64,000 nt of DNA from Clostridia bacterium. GTDB lineage: Bacteria > Bacillota > Clostridia > Oscillospirales > CAG-272. The notes below the pieces were generated by a model, which searched no databases, had not been told where the DNA came from, and saw nothing but the letters and a program-made list of their open reading frames with translations. The stretch lies in NCBI GenBank assembly GCA_017540175.1, contig JAFYBN010000059.1:3768-67767 (forward strand), given 5' to 3'. The stretch's first letter is position 1, and every line of letters begins with the position of its first letter. The translations under genes were made by a program, and so were the position numbers. Shown here piece by piece: positions 27,579-37,800 of this stretch.

Positions 27579-30500
27579 ATGAGAAAAACCCAAAGCAAAA
27601 AGCTGACATGCCTCGTGCTGTCGTTCCTGATGCTCTTGTCGGTTCTTCCCATGACGGTTTACGCCGCCGGAGAAGAAGAGGAAGCGCCGGCCCAGAGCGG
27701 CAGAACGACACTTCAGGAAATCAGCGAAACCCTCATCTCATTCTCTTACGCCGACTACGTTGAGCAGCCGGAGTACCAGAGTGCGTCGAGGGGCAAACAA
27801 ACGGTCGTGATCAAAGCGATTGACTATGACGCCGCCGCGACGACCGCGGAGGTGGAAATCGTTAACGACTACAATGTCTCCGCCGCCACCGGGGATGCCG
27901 GCAAGGGCAAATCCTTGAAGATGAGCGACGACGGCAAGGTCGTGTGGAAGGTCAACATCCCCGAAACGGGCCTCTACGCGATCAAGATGGATTACTGCTC
28001 CGTCACCGACAAGACGAACTCCATCGAGCGCGGCTTCTACATCAACGACGCGCTCCCGTTCGCGGAGGCGCGCGACCTCACGATGAAGAAGATCTGGGTC
28101 AACGCCTATACGAAGAACGAAGAAACCGGCGAAGAGCGGTTCGAAGTCGACTCCAACGGCAACGAGCTGCGTCCGGTGTCCTCCGTTGTGCACGAGTGGC
28201 AGGAATACGTGTTCATTGACCCGAACACCTTCTTCGCCGATCCGTTCGAATTCTATTTCGAAAAGGGCGAAAACACCATCGCGCTCAACGCGGTCCGCGA
28301 AGCGGTCGTGATTCAGAACATCACGATTTACCCCTACGAGGATCTCCCCTCGTACGAGGCGTACGCCGCGGGCAAATCCCCCGCAAACACGTCGGATAAG
28401 TACCACGTTGTCGCGGAGACCCCGTACAGAACGTCCGACTTCACCGTGTATCCGATTTATGACCGTAAATCGGCGCTGACGGAGCCGCAGGACGCTTCCA
28501 AGATCCGACTCAACACCATCGGTTCGGATAAGTGGCAGACCGCGAGCCAGTGGGTGGAATACGAAATCGAAGCTCCCGAAACGGGTCTGTACGAAGTCGT
28601 GTTCCGCTTCCGCCAGAACGAGCAGCAGGGTATGTACACCTCCCGCAAGCTCTATATCGACGGCAAGATCCCGTTCGAAGAAGCGAACTACCTGAAGTTC
28701 AACTACAATTCGAACTTCCAGGTGGCCGCGGCGAACGACGGCGCCGACACCTTCCAGTTCTACCTTGAGAAGGGCAAGCACACCCTCCGCCTCGAGGCTT
28801 CCCTCGGCGAGATGGGCAACGTTGTGCGCAAGGTTTCCGCCATCATGACCTCGATCAACAACGACTACCTCTCCCTCCTGAAGCTCACCGGCGCGAGCCC
28901 CGACGCGTACCGTGACTACGGTTTCGGCCGCGTGCTTCCCGAGGTGGTGCAGGACCTCGTCGTTCAGTCGAACAACCTGAAAGAGGTCATCTCCTACATC
29001 GAGAACATGGCGAACATCAAGTCCGAAAACTCCGCGACGCTCGACACCATCGCGCGTCTGCTCAGAAAGATGGGTACGGACGAAGATGAAATCGCGAAGA
29101 ACATGAGCCAGCTCAAGACCCAGATCGGTAACCTCGGTTCCTGGATCTCCTCCGCGAAGAACCAGCCGCTCGAAATCGACTGGATCGACATCCAGCCCGC
29201 GGGCGTGAAGTATCCGAAGGCGGAAGGCAACTTCTTCCAGTCCCTCTGGTTCGAGCTGAAGCAGTTCTTTGCATCCTTCTTTACCGATTATAACTCCCTC
29301 GGCGCTTCCGTGGACGGCAAGAAGGCCGACCGGAAGGTCGAAGTCTGGGTCACCGCGAACCGCGACCAGGCGCAGATCACCCGTAACCTCATGGACAACG
29401 ATTTCGGTCCCACGACCGGCATCGACGCGTCCCTGAAGCTCGTCGCGGGCGGCACGCTGCTTCCTTCCGTTCTCGCGGGCGTCGGCCCCGACGTAGCGCT
29501 TCCCGGCACGGGCGCGGACCCGATCCAGTACGCGATCCGTTCCGCCGTTGTGGCGATCAACCCCGAAGCCTATGAGGACACGACGGGGCTGAAGCAGAAG
29601 GAGATCGACAAGTACAACGAATACTCTCAGATCTTCTCGAACTTCCACGATATCGAAAAGCGCTTCACCGCTGCGGCGATGATCCCGCTGACGCTGTACG
29701 GCAAGACCTACGGTCTGCCGGATAAGCAGACGTGGAACATGATGTTCTACCGCACCGACATCCTCGCGAACCTCGGTCTTGAGGTCCCGAGAACATGGGA
29801 CGACCTGCTCGCCGCCATCCCGGTGCTCCAGTTCAACAACATGACCATCGGTCTGTCGCAGGACTACCAGATGTACATGTACCAGCTCGGCGGTCACCTC
29901 TGGGCGGACGACGGCATGAGAATCAACCTCGACGCGAACCTCTCGCTCGAAGCGTTTGAGACCATGTGCAACATGTTCACGCAGTACTCCCTGCCGATCT
30001 CCTACGACTTCGCGAACCGCTTCAGAACCGGTGAAATGCCGATCGGCATCGCGGGTTATACCTATTATAATAACATCATCATCTTCGCGACCGAGCTTGC
30101 GGGTCTGTGGGAATTCGGTCCCGTTCCCGGCTTCCTCCAGGAAGACGGCACGATCAACCACACCGCAATGTCCGGCTCCGACGCGCTCGTTATGATGTCG
30201 GGCGTGAGGGACGTCGATGCCGCGTGGACCTTCATGTGCTGGTACACCGACACAAAGTTCCAGGTCGACTACTCCAACGAAATGGTAGCGATCCTCGGTC
30301 CCGCTGCGAAGAACCCGACCGCGAACCAGGAGGCTCTCGAAGAGCTCCCGTGGACTTCCCGCGAGTACGGTCAGCTGATGAAGCAGATGGATGTGACGAT
30401 CGCCGTTACCCAGTATCCCGGCTCCTACATCCTCGGCCGTTATACCAGCTTCGCATTCCTCAACGCGTACAACAACAAGGCGGACCCGGTTGACTCCCTG

Positions 30501-30809
30501 CTCGGCTACATCAACATCATCAACAAGGAAATCAACCGTAAGAGAACCGAGTTCAACCTCGAAACTCTTGAAGTCGGTCAGACCCTCGCATCCAAGCGTC
30601 TCGGTCAGGCGGAGGAAGCCATCGCCAAACTGAGCGACACGCAGAAGGGCTCCGCCGCCGTCTCCGCCGCAAGCGCGGCCATCGCCTCGCACGACATCGA
30701 AGCCCTCCGCGCGGCGGCTGACGGACTCGGAACCTCCGATGAAGCTCTCGCGGTCATCGCAGGATATCTGAGAGACGCTGCCGGCGCTCTCGAGTCCTAT
30801 CTTGACTGA
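27579..30809 (+). CDS. Secreted 1076-aa protein: two carbohydrate-binding-module-like domains, a helical region and a family-1 extracellular solute-binding domain
   Basis: AGGAGGAAGG RBS. SPase-I-type signal (…PMTVYA/AGEEEE). Internal duplication (PETGLYAIKMDY…YINDALPFAEA… versus PETGLYEVVFRF…YIDGKIPFEEA…). C-terminal SBP-like region (VEVWVTANRD…GKTYGLPDKQTWNMMFYRTDIL…). Confidence 0.8.
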   Translation: MRKTQSKKLTCLVLSFLMLLSVLPMTVYAAGEEEEAPAQSGRTTLQEISETLISFSYADYVEQPEYQSASRGKQTVVIKAIDYDAAATTAEVEIVNDYNVSAATGDAGKGKSLKMSDDGKVVWKVNIPETGLYAIKMDYCSVTDKTNSIERGFYINDALPFAEARDLTMKKIWVNAYTKNEETGEERFEVDSNGNELRPVSSVVHEWQEYVFIDPNTFFADPFEFYFEKGENTIALNAVREAVVIQNITIYPYEDLPSYEAYAAGKSPANTSDKYHVVAETPYRTSDFTVYPIYDRKSALTEPQDASKIRLNTIGSDKWQTASQWVEYEIEAPETGLYEVVFRFRQNEQQGMYTSRKLYIDGKIPFEEANYLKFNYNSNFQVAAANDGADTFQFYLEKGKHTLRLEASLGEMGNVVRKVSAIMTSINNDYLSLLKLTGASPDAYRDYGFGRVLPEVVQDLVVQSNNLKEVISYIENMANIKSENSATLDTIARLLRKMGTDEDEIAKNMSQLKTQIGNLGSWISSAKNQPLEIDWIDIQPAGVKYPKAEGNFFQSLWFELKQFFASFFTDYNSLGASVDGKKADRKVEVWVTANRDQAQITRNLMDNDFGPTTGIDASLKLVAGGTLLPSVLAGVGPDVALPGTGADPIQYAIRSAVVAINPEAYEDTTGLKQKEIDKYNEYSQIFSNFHDIEKRFTAAAMIPLTLYGKTYGLPDKQTWNMMFYRTDILANLGLEVPRTWDDLLAAIPVLQFNNMTIGLSQDYQMYMYQLGGHLWADDGMRINLDANLSLEAFETMCNMFTQYSLPISYDFANRFRTGEMPIGIAGYTYYNNIIIFATELAGLWEFGPVPGFLQEDGTINHTAMSGSDALVMMSGVRDVDAAWTFMCWYTDTKFQVDYSNEMVAILGPAAKNPTANQEALEELPWTSREYGQLMKQMDVTIAVTQYPGSYILGRYTSFAFLNAYNNKADPVDSLLGYINIINKEINRKRTEFNLETLEVGQTLASKRLGQAEEAIAKLSDTQKGSAAVSAASAAIASHDIEALRAAADGLGTSDEALAVIAGYLRDAAGALESYLD

Positions 30810-30828
30810 ACCGTGAAAGGAGAGAGAC

Positions 30829-31773
30829 ATGTCAAAAAACACTGACAGACAAGCCAAGACGCGTCACGAGATGACAAAGAGCGAGTGGACGTGGTTTCTG
30901 ATCAAGAGAAACAAAACGGCATACTTCATGATCGCGCCGTTTATGATCCTCTTCTTCATCTTCACCATCATCCCGGTCGCTCTCTCCCTCGTGCTCAGTC
31001 TGACGTCGTTCAACATGCTCCAGTGGCCGAAGTTCGTCTTCATGGACAACTACATCACCCTGTTCCTTGACGACGACCTCTTCATCACCGCTCTGAAGAA
31101 CACGCTGATCTTCGCGGCGGTCACCGGCCCCGCTTCGTACATTATTTCCTTCGTCGTTGCGTGGTTCATCAACGAGCTGCCTCCGAAGGTCCGCGCGATC
31201 GTTACCCTCGTCTTCTACGCGCCGTCCATCGCCGGCAACGTCTACCTGATCTGGCAGACGATCTTCTCCTCGGACTCCTACGGTCTGATGAACGGTTTCC
31301 TGCTCCAGTACGGTATCATAGACGAACCGATCCTGTGGTTCCAGAACGCGAAATACGTCATGCCGCTCTGTATCATGGTCGCGCTCTGGACGTCCCTCGG
31401 TACCTCCTTCCTGTCCTTCATCGCAGGTCTTCAGGGCATCAACAAGAGCTTGTTCGAGGCCGGCGCGATCGACGGTATCAAGAACCGCTGGCAGGAGCTC
31501 TGGTACATCACCCTGCCGTCCATGAAGCCTCAGCTGATGTTCGGCGCGATCATGTCCATTACCGGCTCCTTCAACTTCGGCGGCATCGTTACAGCGCTTG
31601 CCGGCAACCCGTCCGTGGATTACGTCGCATACACGCTGACACACCATTTGGAAGAATATCAGAACAACCGCTGGGAGGTCGGTTACGCCTCAGCGATCTC
31701 GTTCCTGCTCTTCCTCATGATGATCGGCATGAACGTCGTGATCTCCAAGCTGATTTCTAAGTTGGGAGAATAA
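30829..31773 (+). CDS. Carbohydrate ABC transporter permease (MalF type), pair 1
   Basis: 6 TM helices. EAA loop GLQGINKSLFEAGAIDGIKNRWQELWYITLPSMKP. Confidence 0.88.
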   Translation: MSKNTDRQAKTRHEMTKSEWTWFLIKRNKTAYFMIAPFMILFFIFTIIPVALSLVLSLTSFNMLQWPKFVFMDNYITLFLDDDLFITALKNTLIFAAVTGPASYIISFVVAWFINELPPKVRAIVTLVFYAPSIAGNVYLIWQTIFSSDSYGLMNGFLLQYGIIDEPILWFQNAKYVMPLCIMVALWTSLGTSFLSFIAGLQGINKSLFEAGAIDGIKNRWQELWYITLPSMKPQLMFGAIMSITGSFNFGGIVTALAGNPSVDYVAYTLTHHLEEYQNNRWEVGYASAISFLLFLMMIGMNVVISKLISKLGE

Positions 31774-31776
31774 GTC

Positions 31777-32652
31777 ATGGCAAGAAGATTAAGAACAAGA
31801 AAACATGAGGTAGTCCTCAACCGGTCGGCGGGCGGCGACGTCGGGATCACGATCATCCTCACCCTCTTCGGCATCGCGATGTTCCTCCCGATGTACTACA
31901 CCATCATTCAGTCTCTGAAACCCCTGAACGAGCTGTTCTACTTCCCGCCGCGCTTCTACGTCTCCCATCCGACGATGAACAACTTCGCCGACCTCTTCAA
32001 CCTGATGGGCGACTCTTGGGTACCGTTCTCCCGCTACATCTTCAACACGGTTCTGATTTCCGTGGGCGGTACGTTCGGCAACCTCGTTCTCTCCTCCCTC
32101 TGCGCGTACGCTCTTGCGAAGATCGACTTCCCGGGCGCGAAGGGCTTCTTCTGGATCATCCAGAAATCCCTGATGTTCACGGCGACCGTTACCGGTATCG
32201 TCAACTTCATCACGCTCTCCATGCTCGGCTGGATCGATACCTACCTTGCGATCATCATTCCCGCATGGTGCTCGACGCTCGGCCTCTACCTGATGAAGCA
32301 GTTCATGGAATCGAACGTCACCACCGAAGTTCTGGAGTCCGCCCGTCTGGACGGCGCTTCCGAACTCAGGACCTTCTGGTCGATCGCGATGCCGATGGTC
32401 AAGCCGGCATGGCTGACCCTCATCATCTACTCCTTCCAGGGCCTCTGGAACGCGGGCGCATCTTCCTTCATCTATTCCGAGCAGTTAAAGACCCTGAACT
32501 ACGCGATCTCCCAGATCACGAACGGTACGATCGCGCGTTCCGGCGCAGCGGCTGCCTCCACCGTCGTCATGATGATCGTTCCGATTCTGGTCTTCGTTAT
32601 TTCCCAGTCGAACATCATCGAGACGATGGGTTCGAGCGGCATGAAAGACTAA
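31777..32652 (+). CDS. Carbohydrate ABC transporter permease (MalG type), pair 1
   Basis: EAA loop VLESARLDGASELRTFWSIAMPMVKP. 3-nt gap to the upstream gene. Confidence 0.88.
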   Translation: MARRLRTRKHEVVLNRSAGGDVGITIILTLFGIAMFLPMYYTIIQSLKPLNELFYFPPRFYVSHPTMNNFADLFNLMGDSWVPFSRYIFNTVLISVGGTFGNLVLSSLCAYALAKIDFPGAKGFFWIIQKSLMFTATVTGIVNFITLSMLGWIDTYLAIIIPAWCSTLGLYLMKQFMESNVTTEVLESARLDGASELRTFWSIAMPMVKPAWLTLIIYSFQGLWNAGASSFIYSEQLKTLNYAISQITNGTIARSGAAAASTVVMMIVPILVFVISQSNIIETMGSSGMKD

Positions 32653-32662
32653 GGAGGACTGT

Positions 32663-34795
32663 ATGAAAAGAATCACAAGCTTACTCCTTTGCGCGCTGCT
32701 GCTCATGTCTGTCCTCGCTGTGACGGCTTCCGCGAACGCGCCGTACGCGACCTACACCTACTCCGCGCAGGGGCAGGTGCTGACCTCTCCGACGGCATAC
32801 GTTCCCGATACCGTTGTCGACTCCTCATACATGGGCGTCAGCCCCGCAATCGACGACCCCCGCGACCTCTTCATAGGACCTGATCTCAAGGTCTACATCG
32901 TGGATGCCGCGAACAACCGCGTGGTGGTCCTCGACCGTTACTACAAGCTCCAGTTCTACATCACCAACTTCACGAACGAACACGGCGTGCCGGACAGCTT
33001 CAACAACCCCTCCGGCGTGTTCGTCAATGAAACCAACATCTACGTCTGCGACACCGACAACAACCGTATCATCATGTTCGATACGGAAGGCAACTACATC
33101 AAGATCATTCCGAAACCGGAATCCTCCCTCTTCGAGGAAGGCTCGATCTACAAGCCGATCGCCTGCGTCGCCGACGAATACGGACGTCTCTTCGTCGTAT
33201 CCTCCACGACCTACCAGGGCATCATCGTGCTGAACGACGACGGCGACTTCTACGGCTTCATCGGTGCGCAGAAGGTCACCATCTCCGCTCTCGAAATCCT
33301 GTGGAGAAAGATCCAGACGGATGAACAGAGAGCGCAGAGCCAGGAATACGTCTCCACCGAGTTCAACAACATCTCGATCGACAAGGACAACTTCATCTAC
33401 GTGACGACGTCCTCCATCGAAGAGAGCCAGCAGCAGGGCGCGATCAACTCCAAATCCAAGAGCTCCGACTACGCCCCCGTCAAGAAGCTGAACGCGTCCG
33501 GTTCCGACGTTATGAAGCGCAACGGCTTCTACCCGCCGTCCGGCGAGGTCCGCATCACCAACCTCTCGACCGCGAACATCACGGGCGCTTCGAAGATCAT
33601 CGACGCCGCGGTGGGTCCAGAGGGAACGTGGTCGATCATCGACGAAAAGCGCGCAAAGGTCTTCACGTACAACGACAACGGCGACCTGCTCTTCGTCTTC
33701 GGCGATATCGGTCAGCAGACCGGCAACATCCAGTCCGTTGAAGCGATCGCTTATCAGGGCACGAAGATCCTTCTGCTCGACAAGACGAACGACAACTTCG
33801 TCGTGTACCGCCGCACCGAATACGGCGATCTGCTGATCCGGGCGCTCGAGCACGACAACAACCGTCAGTATGACATCACCATCGACGACTGGACGGAGAT
33901 CCTGAAGAGAAACAACAACTTCGACTCCGCCTACATCCAGATCGGAAAGTCCCTGTACCGTCAGGGCAAGTACGAAGAGGCGATGGATTACTACAAGTCC
34001 GCGTACGAGACCGAGAACTACTCCGAAGCCTATAAGGAAATCCGGAAGAACTGGGCAAACAAGTTCTTCTGGCTCATCCCGATCGCGATCGTCGCCATCT
34101 GCATCCTGCTTGCGAAGTTCTTCGGACACGCGGGCAAGGTCAACAAGCGCACGGCTCTCAAGGTCGGACGCAAGAGCCTGAAGGAGGAACTGCTCTACGC
34201 CTTCCATGTGATCCTGCATCCGTTCGACGGATTCTGGGATCTGAAGCATGAGCAGCGAGGCTCGGTCAAATCCGGCTTCGTCATCCTCCTCATCACCGTT
34301 ATCGTTTACTTCTACAACACCATCGGTACCGGCTACATCTTCAACCCGCGTCCGTCCACGAGCTTCAACATCATGGGCGCGATCACGGCCGTTGTGGTGC
34401 CGCTGCTCCTGTGGACTGTCGCGAACTGGTGTCTCACCACGCTGTTCGAAGGCGAAGGCTCGATGAGCGACATCTTCACCGCGTGCTGCTACGCGATGAC
34501 GCCTCTGCCGATGATCATCCTGCCCGTCACCATCATTTCGAACTTCCTGACCAGAACCGAGGGCGGCATCATCACGATGCTCACCTCCTTCGCGTACATC
34601 TGGATGGGCATCCTCGTCTTCGTCGGCATGATGGTCACGCATGACTACTCCGTCGGCAAGAACATCCTGACCTGCATCGCGACCATCGTCGGCATGGCGT
34701 TCATCATGTTCATCGGTGTGCTCTTCTCCAGCCTGATGGCGAAGATCGTCAGCTTCGTCGTCAACATCTTCAAAGAAGTCACATACCGAGTATAA
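32663..34795 (+). CDS. Membrane protein: signal peptide, extracytoplasmic NHL-repeat beta-propeller, TPR-like hairpin and C-terminal Yip1-like polytopic domain
   Basis: NHL-type blades (DLFIGPDLKVYIVDAANNRVVVLD; PSGVFVNETNIYVCDTDNNRIIMFD; KPIACVADEYGRLFVVS). TPR-like GKSLYRQGKYEEAMDYYKSAY. About 6 hydrophobic helices in the last ~240 aa. AAGGAGGA RBS. Confidence 0.75.
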   Translation: MKRITSLLLCALLLMSVLAVTASANAPYATYTYSAQGQVLTSPTAYVPDTVVDSSYMGVSPAIDDPRDLFIGPDLKVYIVDAANNRVVVLDRYYKLQFYITNFTNEHGVPDSFNNPSGVFVNETNIYVCDTDNNRIIMFDTEGNYIKIIPKPESSLFEEGSIYKPIACVADEYGRLFVVSSTTYQGIIVLNDDGDFYGFIGAQKVTISALEILWRKIQTDEQRAQSQEYVSTEFNNISIDKDNFIYVTTSSIEESQQQGAINSKSKSSDYAPVKKLNASGSDVMKRNGFYPPSGEVRITNLSTANITGASKIIDAAVGPEGTWSIIDEKRAKVFTYNDNGDLLFVFGDIGQQTGNIQSVEAIAYQGTKILLLDKTNDNFVVYRRTEYGDLLIRALEHDNNRQYDITIDDWTEILKRNNNFDSAYIQIGKSLYRQGKYEEAMDYYKSAYETENYSEAYKEIRKNWANKFFWLIPIAIVAICILLAKFFGHAGKVNKRTALKVGRKSLKEELLYAFHVILHPFDGFWDLKHEQRGSVKSGFVILLITVIVYFYNTIGTGYIFNPRPSTSFNIMGAITAVVVPLLLWTVANWCLTTLFEGEGSMSDIFTACCYAMTPLPMIILPVTIISNFLTRTEGGIITMLTSFAYIWMGILVFVGMMVTHDYSVGKNILTCIATIVGMAFIMFIGVLFSSLMAKIVSFVVNIFKEVTYRV

Positions 34796-34814
34796 CAGAG
34801 AAGGAGAGTATGAT

Positions 34815-37800
34815 ATGAAAGTTAAAAGAATCGTTTCGGCGTTCCTGACTCTCGTCATGGTTCTCGGTTCTCTGGTGATTTCCGTGGATGCCGCGTATGA
34901 AGACAAAATCGACGAAAACGGCGATCCGATCATCGACTACATGAGCGAGAACTACGCGAGTGCGGACGCAAAGCTTGCCGACATGATCCTCGTGAAGGAA
35001 CAGAACGGCTACCAGCTCTGGTACGAAGAGTTCACCGGCGAAATCGCCGTCGTGGACCTCGCCACCGGCGTTCCGACATTCTCGAACCCGTGGAACCTCA
35101 ACAACGGCTATCAGGGGATTTCGGAAGCTGTCAAGCAGCAGCTGATGTCCCAGCTCATCATCACCTACCTGGAAAACGACGTCCAGAAGACGATGAACAG
35201 CTACTACGAAGCCGCGCTTCGCAACCAGATCACCAAGAAGAACATCAAAAACGGTATCCGCGTGGAGTACATCCTCGGTGAAGAACAGACGACCCGTCTG
35301 GTTCCCCGTCTGATCCGCACCGACCGTATGGATACCCTCATCCTCGAGAACATCGACGACGACTGGCTCCACGAAAAGTTCATCGCCTTCTACACGAAGA
35401 AGGATAAGGACGACGAGTCCCTGACCGAGCGCGGCGTCGCGGAAATGATCGCGAAATTCCCGATCACCGCGGAAATGCCCGTTTACGTCTGCGACCCGGA
35501 TATCAAGGCCAGAGAGCTCAGAGAACTTGAAAACATCGTCAAGAATTTCTGCCCGCTCTACACGTACGAAGAACTTGACTACGACCACGAAATCACCCGT
35601 TACACGGGCGCCGACGCCGCTCCTCCGCGTTTCCGCATGAGCATTGAGTACACCCTCAACGACTGGGGTCTCGAAGCGAGACTTCCCGCCGCCGGTATCG
35701 ATTTCGACGAATCCGCGTACAAGTTCCAGACGGTGTCGTTCCTCCCGTTCTTCGGCGCAGGCAGCAACGAGCACACCGGCTACACCTTCATTCCCGACGG
35801 CTCCGGCGCTCTGATCCGCCACGAGCAGTTCAAGGGACAGTCCGTAAACCTCTCCGGTCAGCTCTACGGTTCCGACTACGCTTACCACGAAATCAGCGGT
35901 CAGCACGCGGAATCCATGAGAATGCCGGTCTACGGCGTCGTGACCGATTACCCGTTCGACATTCATGAGAAAGCTGCGCCCGAGGAAGCCACGGATTCCG
36001 GAGCAGCCGAGATCGCGGCCACGGCGGCGGAAGAAGAGCCGACCGGCTACACCAACGGCTACTTCGCCATCATCACGGAAGGCGACTCGCTGGCATCGCT
36101 CATGGCGGTCTGCGGCGGCTCGCTCCACCCGTACAACAGCGTTTACCCGATGTTCACGCCTCGTCCGTCCGACGAATACAACCTTGCCGATTCGATTTCC
36201 GTATCCGGCAGCGCGACATGGACGGTCACCTCGAAGAGAAAGTACACCAACTCCTACCGCGTCCAGTTCGTCTTCCTCACCGACAAGAAAGTCGCCGAGG
36301 AAAACGGCATCAAGGATTACTACAGCGCTGACTGGGTCGGCATGGCTACGGCATACCGCGATTACCTCACCGAGAAGGGCGACCTCGTCAAGATGACCGG
36401 CGATCAGGTGAAGGACGACGTTCCGCTCTTCATCGAGACCTTCGGTTCCACCAAGACGACCGAAAGAGTTCTCTCCTTCCCGATCGAAGTCGATACTCCG
36501 CTCACGACCTTCGATGACATCAAGACGATGTACACCGAACTGACGGATACCGGCATCAAGAATGTCAACTTCAAGCTCACGGGTTACGCGAACGGCGGTC
36601 TTTCCCCGACCGTACCGTACAGACTGAAGTGGATGAAGGTTGTAGGCGGCAACAAAGGCTTCACCGATCTTGTCGACTATGCGAAGGAAAAGAATTTCGA
36701 CGTCTATCCCGATTTCGACTTTGTGTACATCCGCAACCAGACGCTCTTTGACGGTATTTCGCTGAAGCAGCACGCGGTCCGCACCATCGATGACCGCTAC
36801 ACCACGAGACGTGCGTATGACGCAGCGACCCAGTCCTTCGACCGGTCCTTCGCCATCGCGATCTCCCCGGCGTACTTCGACAGACTGTACAAAGAGTTCG
36901 GACCCAACTACCTCTCCTATGGCAACGACTCCATCGCCGTCTCCACGCTCGGTACCGACCTCAACTCCGACTTTGACGAAGATGAGCCCTACCACCGCGA
37001 GGACGACAAGGAGTTTACGCTTGAACTCCTTGAGAACATCAAGAACGACTACGCGAACGTCATGATCGAAGAAGGCAACGCCTACGCGGTCAAGTACGCC
37101 GACGTCATTCTGAAAACGTCCCTGACCTCTTCCAACTATGTGAAGGCAAGCGAATCCGTCCCGTTCAAGGGCATGGTTTACCACGCGTCGAAGGTCTTCA
37201 CCGGCTCCGCTACGAACATGGAGGGCGACCTCAACGAGTCCATCCTCCACGCGATCGAAAACGGCGCGGCGATGTACTTCATCCTCTCCTACCAGAACAC
37301 GAGCGTGCTGAAGGAAGACTTCCGTATGTCGAAGTATTACTCCGTCGCGTACGAAATCTGGAAGGATGACGTCGCGCAGTATTACAACATGCTCAACGAC
37401 GCGATCAAGGATCTGCAGACCTCCTACATCGTCGATCACGAATTCCTGAGCGCAGAACGTGTTCCCGACGAGGATGAAGCGGAAGCCGACCGCATCGCGG
37501 AGGAGATCGCCACCGCTGAAGCAAAGGCAGAGGAAGAAGCCAAGGCGGAAAAAGCAGCGAGAGCACAGAGACTCAAGGAACGTCTCGATGCGGAAGCCGC
37601 CGCAGCCGCGGGCGAAGTGACCGAGGAACCCGCGACGGAAGAAGAGACCACCGAGACTCCCCAGGAGGAGGAAGCTCCTCAGGAAACCGTGATCGCCGCC
37701 AACGGACGTGAAGTTCCCGCCGGTTACACGCTCGGCGAGGACGGCCTCACCCTGTTCGACGAAAACGGTGAAGAAGTGCCGTGGCCTGAAGAAGAAGCCG

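Noticed and set aside
27738-30857. 1039-aa ORF on the minus strand
   Set aside because: It is the antisense shadow of the 27579-30809 gene. The translation is low-complexity and rich in R/G/V/D/H/E, with no motifs, no RBS and no signal. The plus-strand protein has clear signal peptide, domain duplication and SBP features.
32825-37439. 702-aa and 886-aa minus-strand ORFs (32825-34933, 34779-37439)
   Set aside because: These are antisense shadows of the NHL-Yip1 and DUF5696-like genes. High G+C suppresses stop codons on the opposite strand. Composition is dominated by V/D/G/R/E/H with no recognisable domains.
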